DNA of 64,000 bases from Octopus sinensis (lineage: Eukaryota): the NCBI RefSeq assembly GCF_006345805.1, contig NC_043000.1, positions 11,532,001 to 11,596,000 of the forward strand. Direction: 5' to 3'. The notes below the pieces were generated by a model. The model was given only the letters and a program-made list of their open reading frames with translations. It did not search any database and was not told where the DNA came from. This document shows positions 16,244-28,667 of this stretch, in pieces (position 1 is the first letter of the stretch; each line of letters opens with the position of its first letter). The translations under genes were made by a program, and so were the position numbers.

Positions 16244-16788
16244 GCCCAATTTTTTTATCAGGCATTTCATATTTATTTATCTCTATGTTGTAGTTTCCAC
16301 TATAATAACAGAAATACACCTTCGTCTTCGTAACTTGTTTATAGAGGAAGTGCTCTATTTTAAACTTCTGCTCCAGAGTTATATACGGAACGTTAGTCTT
16401 AATCTCCATGTCTATGGTAAGTTACCAATTTGCTTTTTCTCGAGCTTTGATATTTTTGTTTTTCTTCTTTCTAAGGGCGATCATTCGGTATAGGTACCGG
16501 AAGTGGCTTTGTTTACATTTCTGAAGATAACAGAAACCCTTTTCTCTCACCCCTAACCCTGACCTCCCATATATATAAAAAAAAACACTTTCTTGAAATG
16601 TATCCCGTACTTTCGGTACCTATACCGAAGTTACGCCTTTCTAAGTCTTTAGATTTTTCTTTTTCAAAAAAAAAAAAAAAAAAAAGCGTGTTCGTTTTAA
16701 TTCGTACAAGCAAATCGCCCGGCGTTGCTCGGGTTTATTTCGACCCTTTAGAATTGGAATTTTTGAAAAGTAAAAATTTTTGCATCAT

Positions 16789-17100
16789 CTAGCTTGTTAT
16801 TCTCTTTAAGTGAACATTTTTCTGGTTGAAATACACCGAACAATCGCGACACAATAGTCAAAAAATCGTAAAAAATAGGTATTTTCATAGAAAAAAAGCA
16901 CCTTTTTGATGTAAATAATTTTTGGTGTTAACATGGTCCGATTTGAATTTTTATCTTCTACGAAATGAAGAGCAAGCCTTCTTCTATCATACTCTCAATT
17001 TTGGTCAACTTGCGCCGCAGGGTCTCGGAGGAGATAGTAGTGTTAGCTGAATGCTACCAAACCTGCCATTCACAGACAACTTCAGCTTTATATATATAGA
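16789..17100 (-). mobile_element. Small non-autonomous Helitron-like element
   Basis: The minus strand begins A|TCTATATATATAAAGCTGAAG and ends CTAG. A related 5' end lies at ~8290-8370. Confidence 0.6.
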
Positions 17101-17334
17101 TAAATCCAATAGATTAAAATGAAATATTTCATGGCGGATGTTAAGAATACATACACCACCTGTTTTCGGCGTAACAAAAAACCCTAATCCTAATCACCAG
17201 GTGTGCGTATGCCTTACTTTCGCCGGTAGCTGGATGCTTGGTTAAGGCTACCTGTCGTTCCCATCTAAAACCAAGTGGCCCTGTGTTCACAAACATTTCT
17301 TGCGTCGAAAGTCATAAATTCAATCAAGACCTCT

Positions 17335-18250
17335 AGGTGGAGAAAAACTGGTGCGATGTGACGAACAAGGTGGCTAATCTCACCCAGAAATGGCCAAGAG
17401 GATGCTGTCCCTGAAAGGTCGAGCGGATGTGGCGAATACATACACCGCCTCTATCATCTATTACCTATTTCTGCTTGACTGTCAGCCCTTGCCCCGTTTG
17501 CTGGTTGACCAAGCTGGTACGCTTACACTTCTGCTTTCTGTGGAAGGGGCGCGTTCCACTGTTCAGGCGCTCCATCTACTGTCAACATCCGTTGAATGGA
17601 GGGTTGGGCATGCCGTGGTTGCTGATGCGCAGATATGCACTTAGGCTATGGCATCTCCAGCGTTTCCTGGACGGTGAGCAGGTGTGGTCACCATTTGCTC
17701 TTCCACAGCTCGTCTCTTTGACTGAGCTGCAAACCTGGATTAGGCGTAGACCGAGGAAGGACACTTAGCACTTCATGTGCTGTCAAGTGCTCACAGCCCT
17801 CCGCTAGGTGGGCAATGCGATCGGTAGTAGTTCCACTCTAGTGTTCTGTAGAGGGTTAGTGGAGGAAAAGTGCGACGACGTTCTCGGGGGAACACTAGGC
17901 GTCAAAGAGGATCAACTTATTGGTCCGTTTTGGAGAACTTTTGGGTCGGGGTCTATGGATAACTTCCAGAAATCCCTCACCTGGCAGTGCTACCGAGGGG
18001 CACTGTCCATTCAGATAAACTTTACAGGTACTGTCAGCCGGGCCTACCCGAGGGCACTCAAAACGATGAAACCATTCTGCACCCACTCATCTAGTGCCCG
18101 AGCATTGCTGGCCTTTGGATTTATGTTGAACAGCTGCTGTTGCATGTAAGACAGATCCGGCTATCAACTGAATCCATAGTGAAGATTACCCCACTGGCCT
18201 CCTTTAACCGAGAAGGGCAGGCAATTTTCATTTGTCTGGTGGCTTTAGTT
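17335..18250 (+). mobile_element. Tx1/L1-clade LINE ORF2 relic (post-RT region and zinc knuckle)
   Basis: Frameshifted translation ..KW.KRMLSLKGRA..FLWKGRVPLFRRSIYCQHPLNGGLGMP..ALRL, matching the L1/Tx1 LS..GR...FLW...GGLG motif series. Confidence 0.75.
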
Positions 18251-18254
18251 TGGC

Positions 18255-18600
18255 CAAGAGTGGCTGCATGGTCAAAGGCTAGCTTCCCAACCACATGCCT
18301 CCGGGTTCAGTCTCACTGCGTGTATCAAAGCTTCGTGTGTGGATTTGATACACAAACTAAAAGACACCTGTTGTATATATACATACACGTGTGTGTGTCC
18401 CATCACTGCTTGACAATTGGTGTTGGTGTATTTACGTGCCCGAACGTAGCAGTTCAGCAAAATGAACCAATAGAATAAGTACTAGGCTTTGAAAAAAATA
18501 TAGTGTAAGTTCTGGGGGCGACTTGTTCGACAAAACTCTTCAAGGCAGTGCCCCAGCACGGCCGCAGTCAAATGACTGAAACATTTGAAAGACAAAAGAA
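18255..18600 (+). mobile_element. SINE family A, diverged
   Basis: Homology to 28461-28904, including the AATAAGTACTAGGCTT and GCCGCAGTCAAATGACTGAAAC blocks. Confidence 0.7.
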
Positions 18601-18844
18601 TGTGTTAAGGAAAAAGATGATCGGATGTAACATGAATGAAATTTGGGCTTGGAAAAAAGATGCAGTGTGACGCATAAATGTCAGGAATATTGTAGTTAAA
18701 ATGTTTTTTTAAATCGAAGGAATGGTTGTTTGTGAAATATTTAAAAAAAAGATAGGATGTTCATGTTTGGAACGCTTTGGATAATCTTTCGATGTACTCA
18801 AGGTTAGACTCCAGTGTTTGACCCGAGCAAAAAAAAAAAAAAAA

Positions 18845-19478
18845 AGAATAGTGCAATAGGTGTAAAACAATATGTAGCAGACGAATATGACAAAAAAAAT
18901 GCGCGCTAGCGAACGGGAGTGGGTTAGAAGACTTGGAAAATTCACATCAGGAATGTTCCGAGTTCTCTCACTACTTCCCCGTTCGTCGGCGAAATGTTTT
19001 TCTTCATATTCGTTTCCTACACGTTACTTTACACCTAATGCACTACTTTTTTTTTCAATTTTCGTGATGGGGTGCGGATTTGGATAATTCACACGATCCA
19101 GTAACCCCACCACAACACCAGGTCACAAAAAGGGGGGGAATAGTGTAATAGGTGTAAAATAACATGTAGTAAATGACTATGAAAAAAAATGCGCACTGGC
19201 GAACGGAGGAGAGGACTCGGAAAATTCACACGATCAATCTCACAGCAACCGAAAACTCAACGTTAATACCTGGTCACAAAAATGAAAAAGAAAAAATAGT
19301 GTAATAGGCATAAAACATATAAGTAAACGAATATGAAAAAAAATGTGCGCTGGCGAACGGGAGTGGACGACTCGGAAAATTCACATCAGGAATGTTCCGA
19401 GTCCTCTCACCTCTTCCCAGGTCGTCGGCGTAATTTTCTTTTTCATATTCGTTTATTACATGTTGTTTTACACCTATT
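18845..19478. repeat. Three related ~200-bp units, two with internal inverted arms
   Basis: ATAGTG(C/T)AATAGG(T/C)..AAAA..ATATG recurs at ~18848, ~19140 and ~19298. Its reverse complement appears at ~19005-19045 and ~19440-19478. Confidence 0.7.
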
Positions 19479-19969
19479 GGGCGATCTTTCGTCTCTAGTA
19501 GATCTTTCCGTCGATTTCCGTAAAAATTTTTTTTTTTTTTACATATGGGCTTGCGGGAACTTTTGAAGTAATGAGAGCGAAAGAGACTAAGAGAAAGCGA
19601 TTTTATGACGAGGGAAGTTCTTTCGAAGTTACCGTCCAGGGGAAGCATTGATGTACATGTGTGTGTGTGTGTTTGATGGGGTGTGGGAGACAGAAAGTAT
19701 GTTGTGTAAGTGAAGTGCTTCTGTTAGTGTGTGTGAAGAGACAGAGAGATAACTGAAATTTTTTACTCGGTGTATGTGTATGTGTATATGTATGTATGTG
19801 TGTGTGTGTGTATGTATCTATGTATGTGTATGTATGTGTCATACAATCGCTTTCTCTTAGTCTCTTTCGCTCTCATTACTTCAAAAGTTCCCGCAAGCCC
19901 ATATGTAAAAAAAAAAGAAGTTTTTTACGGAAATCGACGGAAAGGTCTACTAGAGACGAAAGATTGCCC
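19479..19969. mobile_element. MITE with ~123-bp TIRs and a (GT)n core
   Basis: 19479-19602 is the reverse complement of 19845-19969; no clear TSD seen. Confidence 0.75.
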
Positions 19970-20046
19970 TCTTAATAAGTGGAAACAATTTTTTAAACAG
20001 ACATTTCCTGTTTTATTTATGTCCAGGTCGTATTTTGGGCATCTCT

Positions 20047-20216
20047 TAAATACAGAGGTCCCGACGCATCTACGTAACGATATAAAGGGGAGGTAATCTA
20101 GCTTTACCGAAAGTACTGTGACCTAACATAACCCTAACACTAAAAACGAACCCTAGGTAAAACCAGATTACCTGCCTTCATATCATTACGTAGATGCATC
20201 GGGACCTCTGTATTTT
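20047..20216. mobile_element. ~170-bp MITE with ~50-bp TIRs
   Basis: AAATACAGAGGTCCCGACGCATCTACGTAACGATAT.. and ..ATATCATTACGTAGATGCATCGGGACCTCTGTATTT. Confidence 0.75.
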
Positions 20217-22049
20217 ATAAAGTAGTTCCGTATTTTCCACTATAATAACAGAAATAGATTTCCATTCCTCCTGATAACTTGTTTACAGACGAAATGCTCT
20301 ATTTCTAACTTCTGTTGTAGAGAGTTGTCCAACCATCCGTTGGGCTCAGAACGTTGTCCTTAATCTTCGCGGTTCCTCGTAAGTTAACAATTTTGCTTTT
20401 TCCCCGAGCTTTGATGTTTTTGTTCATAAAAACAAAAACGTGTTCGGTTTAACTAATATAAATCCAAATAGATAAATTAAAATTTGATATTTCGTATAGT
20501 CTTTTTTACGCTAGCAGAGTACATTTTGGTCATTTATTTCACATCTATTTTTGAAATTTTCTTGTTTCTTTTCTCTTAATTTAAATCTGAGATATAAATT
20601 CATAGATTTTTGAAAATTTTATTTATCTCATTTACTGTTGCAATTTTGCATTTCTGTTTGTTATTACATAATCAAGGGTTTATTATATAATGAAGGGCCT
20701 TGCCTAGCCGAGGAACATAGGCCTACTAAAATTTGCAATCACATTTCCCTCAAATCGTACTCTATCGTCTTAAAGAAAGGCATATTAGATAATATAATCC
20801 CTGATGTACATACACACATGCATGCATATATGTGTGGAATTGGTTTGATGGTAGTTGGATATTTGGTGAGGGTTGTGTGTCGTTTCCATCGAAAACCAAG
20901 TCACCCTGTGTTGAAACATTTCTAGCGTTGAAAGTCATAAATTGTTGCTGAAGTAAGTCGACGGTTAATATTGGTTTCAAATTTTGGCACAAGGCAGCAA
21001 TTTCTTGGGGAAGGAATAAATCGATTACATCGATCTCAGAGCTGAACTGGTATTTATTTTATCGACCACGAAAAGATGAAACGCAATGTCGACTTCGGCG
21101 GCATTTAAATAGTTGACGGTTAATATTCTCCGCAGCAACGCTACTGCGGTCATAACCAATGGGGTGCGGCTGTGCACACCATTTATTGTAGGGTATGTGA
21201 CCCATCGCCCTTCCCTCTCCATGTTCTGCTTTACCCACCCTCTTTTTTTCTTTTTCTTTTCTTATTTCTGTTAATGTTATAAAGAAAAATGGGCGTTCCT
21301 TCCATATAACTTGACAACATTAATACAAAAACTCGACTCTTTCCGTGACAAATCAACAATTGACTTCGGATATCTTCGTGACAGTTGCTGAAATGGAAGA
21401 AGAAAACTAATGGGTTGTGTGTGCGGCCAGCAATGTCTCATTTTAAACTTGAAGAAAAAAAAGCCTTGCGTATTTGTTCTTACCTGCTTCATGTGTGTAT
21501 GTAAAAATCAGCAAATTTCTAAGAAGGAACAAGATTCGAAGTTTAGGACTAGCGATGCATAGACTTCGATTCTGTTTTCTGCTTGGAAATTTGCAGATTT
21601 TACATACACGAATGAAGCAGGTAAGAACAAATATGCAAGGCTTTTTTATTTTTATTTTTTGTTTCTTCAAGTTTAAAATGATACATTGCTGTCATAATTT
21701 CGTTGTATCTATATTCCACAACACATAAATACATAAAAACAGAACAGACACAGACAAGAAAAAGCACGCACACACAACCTTCCTCCCGTTTTAGCAGCTG
21801 TCACGGAGATATCCGATGTGAATTGTCGAGTTATACCGAAGATATCCGAACCGAACTGTCAAAAGTTGTCGACTTATATCGAAGGAATGCCGAAAAGGCC
21901 ATCGACTTATATCGAAGGAATGCCGAAAAATGAAACAATACACATACTTAAAAATAATAATAATAATAAATACTGTACTACACAGAGTGTCACTTGTTGC
22001 TGAAATGAGTTGACGGTTAATTTTACTGTAAGTCGTGGATAGTAACGGT

Positions 22050-22258
22050 TTCAAATTTTGGCGCAAGGCCAGCAAGTTCGGATCAAGAAGTAAGTCGATT
22101 ATATCGATTCCAGTGCTCAGCTGTACTTATTTTATCGAATCCGGAAGGATGAAAGGCATAGTCGACCTCAGCAGAATTTGAACTTGGAACGTACAAATGG
22201 ACGAAATGCCGCTAAGCACTTTTTCCAGCGTGCTAACTATACTGCCATCTCGCCGCCT
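22050..22258 (-). mobile_element. SINE family B, diverged (a partial copy lies at 21020-21105)
   Basis: Reverse-complement homology to family B. Confidence 0.75.
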
Positions 22259-22329
22259 TATAAGCTGTGCATAATAACGACATTATCACCCCTCCACCTA
22301 ATGCTTTAGCCACCCACCTTCTTTTTCCT

Positions 22330-22560
22330 TCCGATTCTTGGATCTTTTCGCTTTGACTGGCAGATTTTTAAAATAATTTCTTTGTAACTAAAAACTTTTA
22401 AACTTTGTATACTGGTAGAATGTGTTTATAAAACATCTTTTTCTCTTGGCTTTCTTGAGAAAATTCTGTTGTTTGTAAGCTATTTGTTGTTTAATTTCTT
22501 GCATTTCGGCAATTTCAACCAATCAATGACGTCTATTGAGGTGAATACAATATCTCCGGA
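22330..22560. mobile_element. Partial copy of the MITE at 58799-59237
   Basis: GTATACTGGTAGAATGTGTTTATAAAACATC...GAGAAAATTCT...TGACGTCTATTGAGGTGA is the reverse complement of ~59030-59200. Confidence 0.7.
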
Positions 22561-23183
22561 TCTTTGTCAGCAACAATTATTTGCAGTGTCATATGATGTG
22601 CTTGTCTATTTTTAGTATATCATTGCGTTGGTATACTAGCATGTGTTTATTAATAAAAGTTTAATAACGATAATCTTTTATTCATACGAACGTAACTGAT
22701 ATGGAATATGTCATAAATAACAGTGACAGATTCATATGACACTGCAATAGACAAGCACATCATGGATATAATGATTAGGATAAATGTCAAATATTGTAAA
22801 AATCCTTAATTTGTCTACCAATATAGAAATATTGTTAAATTTCTATGTTTATCTATACCCTTGTATCTTATATTGTGTCTTTGTTATTTCAGATTAACAG
22901 ATGACATTGGCATAAAAGAACTTTTTTACATTGGATATATCTTCTATATTTATCATCTCTTGAAGATTAAGGAGAATGTTATACAGAAGAGATATAAACC
23001 TTATACGATAAATCTATGGCAGGATCACTGTGAAATACTTGCTCTCAATTCAGAACAACAACAGCTTTTCTTTATGTCTTGTCTGGTGTGTTTGAATTGT
23101 AATTAAACTTATATGGATTTCTAAGAGTTCTCAAGATATTTAAGTTTCAGAGAAGACTGCAGCAGATAACAGTAGAAATATTT

Positions 23184-23345
23184 CATCATCATCATCCTCG
23201 TTTAACGTCTGCTTTCCATGCTAGCATGGGTTGGACGATTTGACTGAGGTCTGGCAAACCAGATGGCTGTACCAGGCTCTAATCTTGATCTGACAGAGTT
23301 TCTACAGCTGGATGCCCTTCCTAACGCCAACCACTCCGAGAGTGT
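23184..23345 (-). mobile_element. Retroposon family D 3' fragment, just upstream of the ZNF ORF
   Basis: (CAT)n-CGTTTAACGTC..GGATGCCCTTCCTAACGCCAACC. Confidence 0.8.
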
Positions 23346-23438
23346 AATTTGAAAAGAATAAACTTTAACTAGAAGAAAGCTCAAATTTAATACTGTGGAA
23401 AATTTTAAATATTTGATCTATTTTCATCCATTGAAGAC

Positions 23439-25229
23439 ATGCCGAAAGCTATATGTAAAAAATCATCACATCATTGTGATATTTGTGGTAAATCATTCAG
23501 GTCAGGTAGTCAGTTGACTATACACAAGCGTATACATACAGGTGAGAAACCATTTCACTGTGATATTTGTGGCAAGTCATTCTCTCAATATGGTATTCTA
23601 TCTAGACACAAACGTATTCATACAGGAGAGAAGCCATATTCCTGTGACACCTGTGGCAAATCCTTCTCTCATAGTAATGGCTTAGTTAATCACAAGCGTA
23701 TTCATACAGGGGAGAAACCATATTGCTGTGACGTCTGTGGTAAATCATTCTCACAGAGTAGTACGTTAATGAGACATGAACGTACTCATACAGGGGAGAA
23801 GCCATATCACTGTGATATCTGTGGTAAATCATTTGCTTTAAATAGTGGCTTAACGTCTCATAAACGTGTTCATACTGGAGAGAAGTTATTTCACTGTGAT
23901 ATCTGTGGTAAATCATTCTCTAACCCTAAAGTCTTACGTTGTCACAAACGTATTCATACAGGAGAGAAGCCATATAACTGTGACATCTGTGGTAAATCAT
24001 TCTCTGTAAGAAGTGCCTTAACTTCTCATAGGCGTATTCATACTGGAGAGAAGCCTTATCACTGTGATGTCTGTAGTAAATCCTTCTCTGTAAGTAGTGC
24101 CTTAACTACTCACAAGCGTATTCATACTGGAGAGAAACCATATCATTGTGATATCTGTGGTGAATCATTCTCTAGCCATTATATCTTATGTAATCATAAA
24201 CGTATTCATACAGGGAAGAAGCCTTATCACTGTGATATTTGTGATAAATACTTCTCACAAAATAGTACCTTAGCAAAACACAAACGTATACATACAGGAG
24301 AAAAACCATTTCGGTGTTATATTTGTGGCAAATCATTTTCTCAGATGCATTGCTTATCCAAACACAAACGTATTCATACAGGGGAGCGACCATTTCACTG
24401 TGATGTCTGTGGTAAATCATTTCCTACAAGTAGTGCCTTAACTACACACAAACATATTCATTCGGGGAAGAAGCCATATCACTGTGATATCTGTGGTAAA
24501 TCATTCTCTTATAAAGCTGTTTTAACTAACCATAAACGTATTCATACAGGAGAGAAGCCGTTTCATTGTGATAGTTGTGGTAAATCATTCACTGTAAGTA
24601 ATGCTTTAAGTTCTCACAAACGCATTCATACAGGAGAGAAACCTTTTCACTGTGAGGTCTGTGGTAAATCTTTCACTTTTAGGAATGCCTTAATAAGTCA
24701 CAAACGTATTCATACAGGGCAGAAACCGTATCACTGTGATATCTGTGATAAAAGCTTCTCACAACATAGCACCTTAACTAAACATAAACGTACACATACA
24801 GGAGAGAAACCATTTGAGTGTGACATTTGTGGCAAAAGATTCTCTGGAATATATCAAGTAATTACACACAAGCGTGTTCATACAGGAGAGAAACCCTTTC
24901 AGTGTGATGTTTGTGGTAAATCCTTTGCAACAAGTAGTTACTTAACTCCTCACAAACGTATCCATACTGGGGAGAAGCCATATCATTGTGATATCTGTGG
25001 TAAATCATTTTCTGGAAGTAGTGAGTTAACTACTCACAAGCGTATTCATACAGGAGAGAAGCCATATCATTGTGATATTTGTGGTAAATCATTCTCTTAC
25101 TGTAATGTCTTCATTTATCACAAACGTAGTCATACAGGTGAGAAGCCATATCATTGTGATATCTGTGGTAAATCCTTCTCTCAAAGTGGTAATTTGTCTA
25201 AGCACAAACGTATTCATAAAAAAGAATAA
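23439..25229 (+). CDS. Tandem C2H2 zinc-finger protein (596 aa, 21 fingers, no recognisable effector domain in this exon)
   Basis: Uninterrupted ORF with 21 consecutive CxxC-x12-H-x3-H units joined by TGEKP-type linkers at a 28-aa period. Upstream exons cannot be excluded. Confidence 0.95.
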   Translation: MPKAICKKSSHHCDICGKSFRSGSQLTIHKRIHTGEKPFHCDICGKSFSQYGILSRHKRIHTGEKPYSCDTCGKSFSHSNGLVNHKRIHTGEKPYCCDVCGKSFSQSSTLMRHERTHTGEKPYHCDICGKSFALNSGLTSHKRVHTGEKLFHCDICGKSFSNPKVLRCHKRIHTGEKPYNCDICGKSFSVRSALTSHRRIHTGEKPYHCDVCSKSFSVSSALTTHKRIHTGEKPYHCDICGESFSSHYILCNHKRIHTGKKPYHCDICDKYFSQNSTLAKHKRIHTGEKPFRCYICGKSFSQMHCLSKHKRIHTGERPFHCDVCGKSFPTSSALTTHKHIHSGKKPYHCDICGKSFSYKAVLTNHKRIHTGEKPFHCDSCGKSFTVSNALSSHKRIHTGEKPFHCEVCGKSFTFRNALISHKRIHTGQKPYHCDICDKSFSQHSTLTKHKRTHTGEKPFECDICGKRFSGIYQVITHKRVHTGEKPFQCDVCGKSFATSSYLTPHKRIHTGEKPYHCDICGKSFSGSSELTTHKRIHTGEKPYHCDICGKSFSYCNVFIYHKRSHTGEKPYHCDICGKSFSQSGNLSKHKRIHKKE

Positions 25230-26616
25230 CCATTTCACTGTAATATGTGTGGTAAATTAATCACCCAAAAATTCAACTTAGCTTCACATGTATCTGTCCA
25301 TACAAAGATGTGACTAGCATTGTCAAAATTAATTACATTTTACAACAGCGAACAATATTTTAAAACCATTTTCCATTATAAATCATGGCCTCACATTATG
25401 CACTGAGAAGTAATCCATGAATTCATGACAATAATTATACACACCATGATTCTGATTTTGAAGTGATGTTTTACAGCCTGATGAACTTTCTTATGCCACC
25501 CCTTATGGTAGTCTCTTACCTTGAATACATATTTTATCTGGACATGTGCTATTTTTTTTCAAGTTCAATGTATGTATGAAATAACTCATATAACCATAAA
25601 TGTATTTGTGGAAGGAAGATATTGCATAGTAATAACAAGTGGTTATGACTATATTTTATATTACTCCAGCTATATCTCTTTATGTAACATATGATTGTGA
25701 TATTTTCAATAAAAGCATATTCATATATATTCTGTGTAACATATTTCATGGATAGATAAAAGATACTGTTAATATATTTGATATTGTGGGTAAATAGTTG
25801 AGAAATGTATTTTCAGAGATCAATGATATTACTGTATAGTTGTTATCAATAAATAAACTGTGAAACAATATTTCATCTTATCATATTAGGATACATGTAT
25901 AAAGTTTTGTATACTCTACATGCACTTTTTCACTTGACTAGCATTCTACTATCCTTCCTCCAACTCTTTACCCCACAAACACATGCCCACCCACACAGCT
26001 TACTACCTTGGATTTTTCCTCTATTGGCCAGTGTTTCATAATACTAGTTTGCATCTACTTTCCGGGCCTTTAATCTGTTATCTATTTAATCTCAGGTTTT
26101 TAAAACTCTGGATTTTAAGAATTCATCACATGAGGACTCTTACAATTGGAATAGAAATGGAACCTTTCTTAAAAAATAATTTTCAAAATTACACATTTTT
26201 TCCTCCACTTTTCCATCTCCTTATACTTTAGTTATGGTTTCCTCTTCAGCCACTACTTCTAACACCGCACTTGTAAGCTTCTCAGACTTTTCACCCTTTC
26301 TTCTTTTAAGAATTTTCATTTTTGTTCTTTCTTTTAGTAATATTTTTCTTGTTTTTCTTTAGTGATTGGCTACAAATTGTTTCTTCTTTCTTTTCTTGTT
26401 TTTTTTTTTTTTATTGTGTTTGGTTCTTGTAATGCTGTTGCTGCAAGAATTTTCTACCATGATCACACTAACCCATATTGGTTAAAAATGGGATCCGCAC
26501 ATGACAGAGGCATGAACCACATTCAACCAAACATGAAATGAACTACTGTATTTTTTTCGAATGGTATTTGATAAATTTAGAACTAATCTGACCATCAAAA
26601 CTGCTGAGAATCACCC

Positions 26617-27210
26617 ACAACCATCACCACCGCCGCCACCACCAGTACTACCAACACTGCAACCACAACCACCATAACCACCATAACCACCAGCACCACA
26701 ACCAGCACCGACCGCAACCACCATCACCACCACCACCCACAACGACAATTACAACACTACCCCCAACCACCACCATCACCACCACCAGTACTACCAACAC
26801 TGCAACCACAACCATCACAACCATCAGCACCGCTATAACCACCAGCACCGTCACCATCATCACCACCACCACCATCACCACCACCACCACCACCGCCACC
26901 ACCACCACCAGTACTACCAACACTGCAACCACAACCACCACAACCATCAGCACCACCATAACCACCAGCACCACAACCAGCACCGACCGCAACCACCATC
27001 ACCACCACTACCACCACCACCACCACCACCACCACCCACAACGACAATTACAGCACTACCCCCAACCACCATCATCACCACCACCAGTACTACCAACACT
27101 GCAACCACAACCATCACAACCATCAGCACCGCTATAACCACCAGCACCACAACCAGCACCGACCGCAACCACCACCACCACCACCACTACCACCACCACC
27201 ACCTTCACCT
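26617..27210. repeat. (ACC/ACA)n-derived minisatellite with higher-order repeat
   Basis: CCAGTACTACCAACACTGCAACCACAACC recurs at ~26642, 26785, 26908 and 27084. Confidence 0.9.
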
Positions 27211-27883
27211 GTTACACGGCCATCATCACTATCAACATCGTCACCATCAATAGCGTCAGTCACATTATTTCACTATCACCTTCACTACCACACTAAAACC
27301 ACCAACGACAGCCACCCCCTTAACATCACGATTGCGGTACAATCACTGTTATAAAATAAAAAAGGAGGAAAATAAAATAAAACCACCCTTCCTCGCTATC
27401 ACAACCATCACAACCGTCACCGACGCCACTACCACCATACCATCAACTCACCTTTACCACCCGCTGTCACTACTACAACAACCAGCACTTCTACATCTCC
27501 ATCATCACCAATGGCACCGCCGTCGACACCAGCAGCATAACCTCCACCACCAACATTGGTAGAGGTAGACGTTGTGGTTTTGATGGTGATGGTAGTTTTG
27601 GTACGATGGTAGCAGTAATGGTGTTGACAGCAATGGTGATGATGATGATCATCACCATTGATGATCATCGTCCCCGTAACAGTAATAGTGATGATGATGA
27701 TGATCATCATCACCATTGCTGTAACCACCATTACTGCTACCATCGTACCAAAACTACCATCACCATCAAAACCACAACGTCTACCTTCACCAACGCTACC
27801 CCGCATAGAAAGGGACCCACACCTCCCTTGTCAAATCCTAGGTAAGGCGGCAGACCTCACACGTACACTTAAACGTACGCACA

Positions 27884-27916
<33 letters not shown>

Positions 27917-28011
27917 ACATACATACATACATACATACATACATACATACATACATACATACATACATACATACATACATACATACATGCATACATACAT
28001 ACATACATACA

Positions 28012-28042
<31 letters not shown>

Positions 28043-28460
28043 GTACATGTCATATATGTATGCACATATATATATATATATATGTATTTATAAATATATA
28101 CATATATAAATATATGTATGGTATGTATGTATGAATATATATACATTCATATAGATATATATACATATATATGTATATATCACATAGGTCATTCATATAT
28201 ACAAATACATTATAACATGAATTTCAAACATTCACACACATTCTCAAAACATACACGTAACTCGCACGCGCGCACACACACACGCACAAACATGCGCACA
28301 CATATATCCCTTCCCCCAGTATCCTCTGTAATCTAGTTGACACTATCGTCTTGTGGATGTTTACTGAAACATCGCTAGCTTTATAACTGCATTTCTCTCC
28401 CTTATTATCTGTCTCAAAATACACATATTTACATAACATACATACATATATACATACATA

Positions 28461-28635
28461 GGCGCAGGACTGGCTGTGTGGTAAGTAGCTTGCTTACCAA
28501 CCACATGGATCCGGGTTCAGTCCCTCAGCGTGGCACCTTGGTCAAGTGTCTTCTACTATAGCCTCGGGCCGACCAAAGTCTTGTGAGTGGATTTGGTAGA
28601 CGGAAACTGAAAGAAGCCCGTCGTATGTATATATA

Positions 28636-28667
<32 letters not shown>

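Noticed and set aside
23686-24420. Antisense ORFs within the ZNF gene
   Set aside because: Shadow frames produced by the periodic 84-bp finger repeat.
26648-28146. Poly-V/G/T/H and YI/CV ORFs
   Set aside because: These are microsatellite translations. The same applies to the ORFs at 1128-1463, 5934-6287 and 49211-51426.
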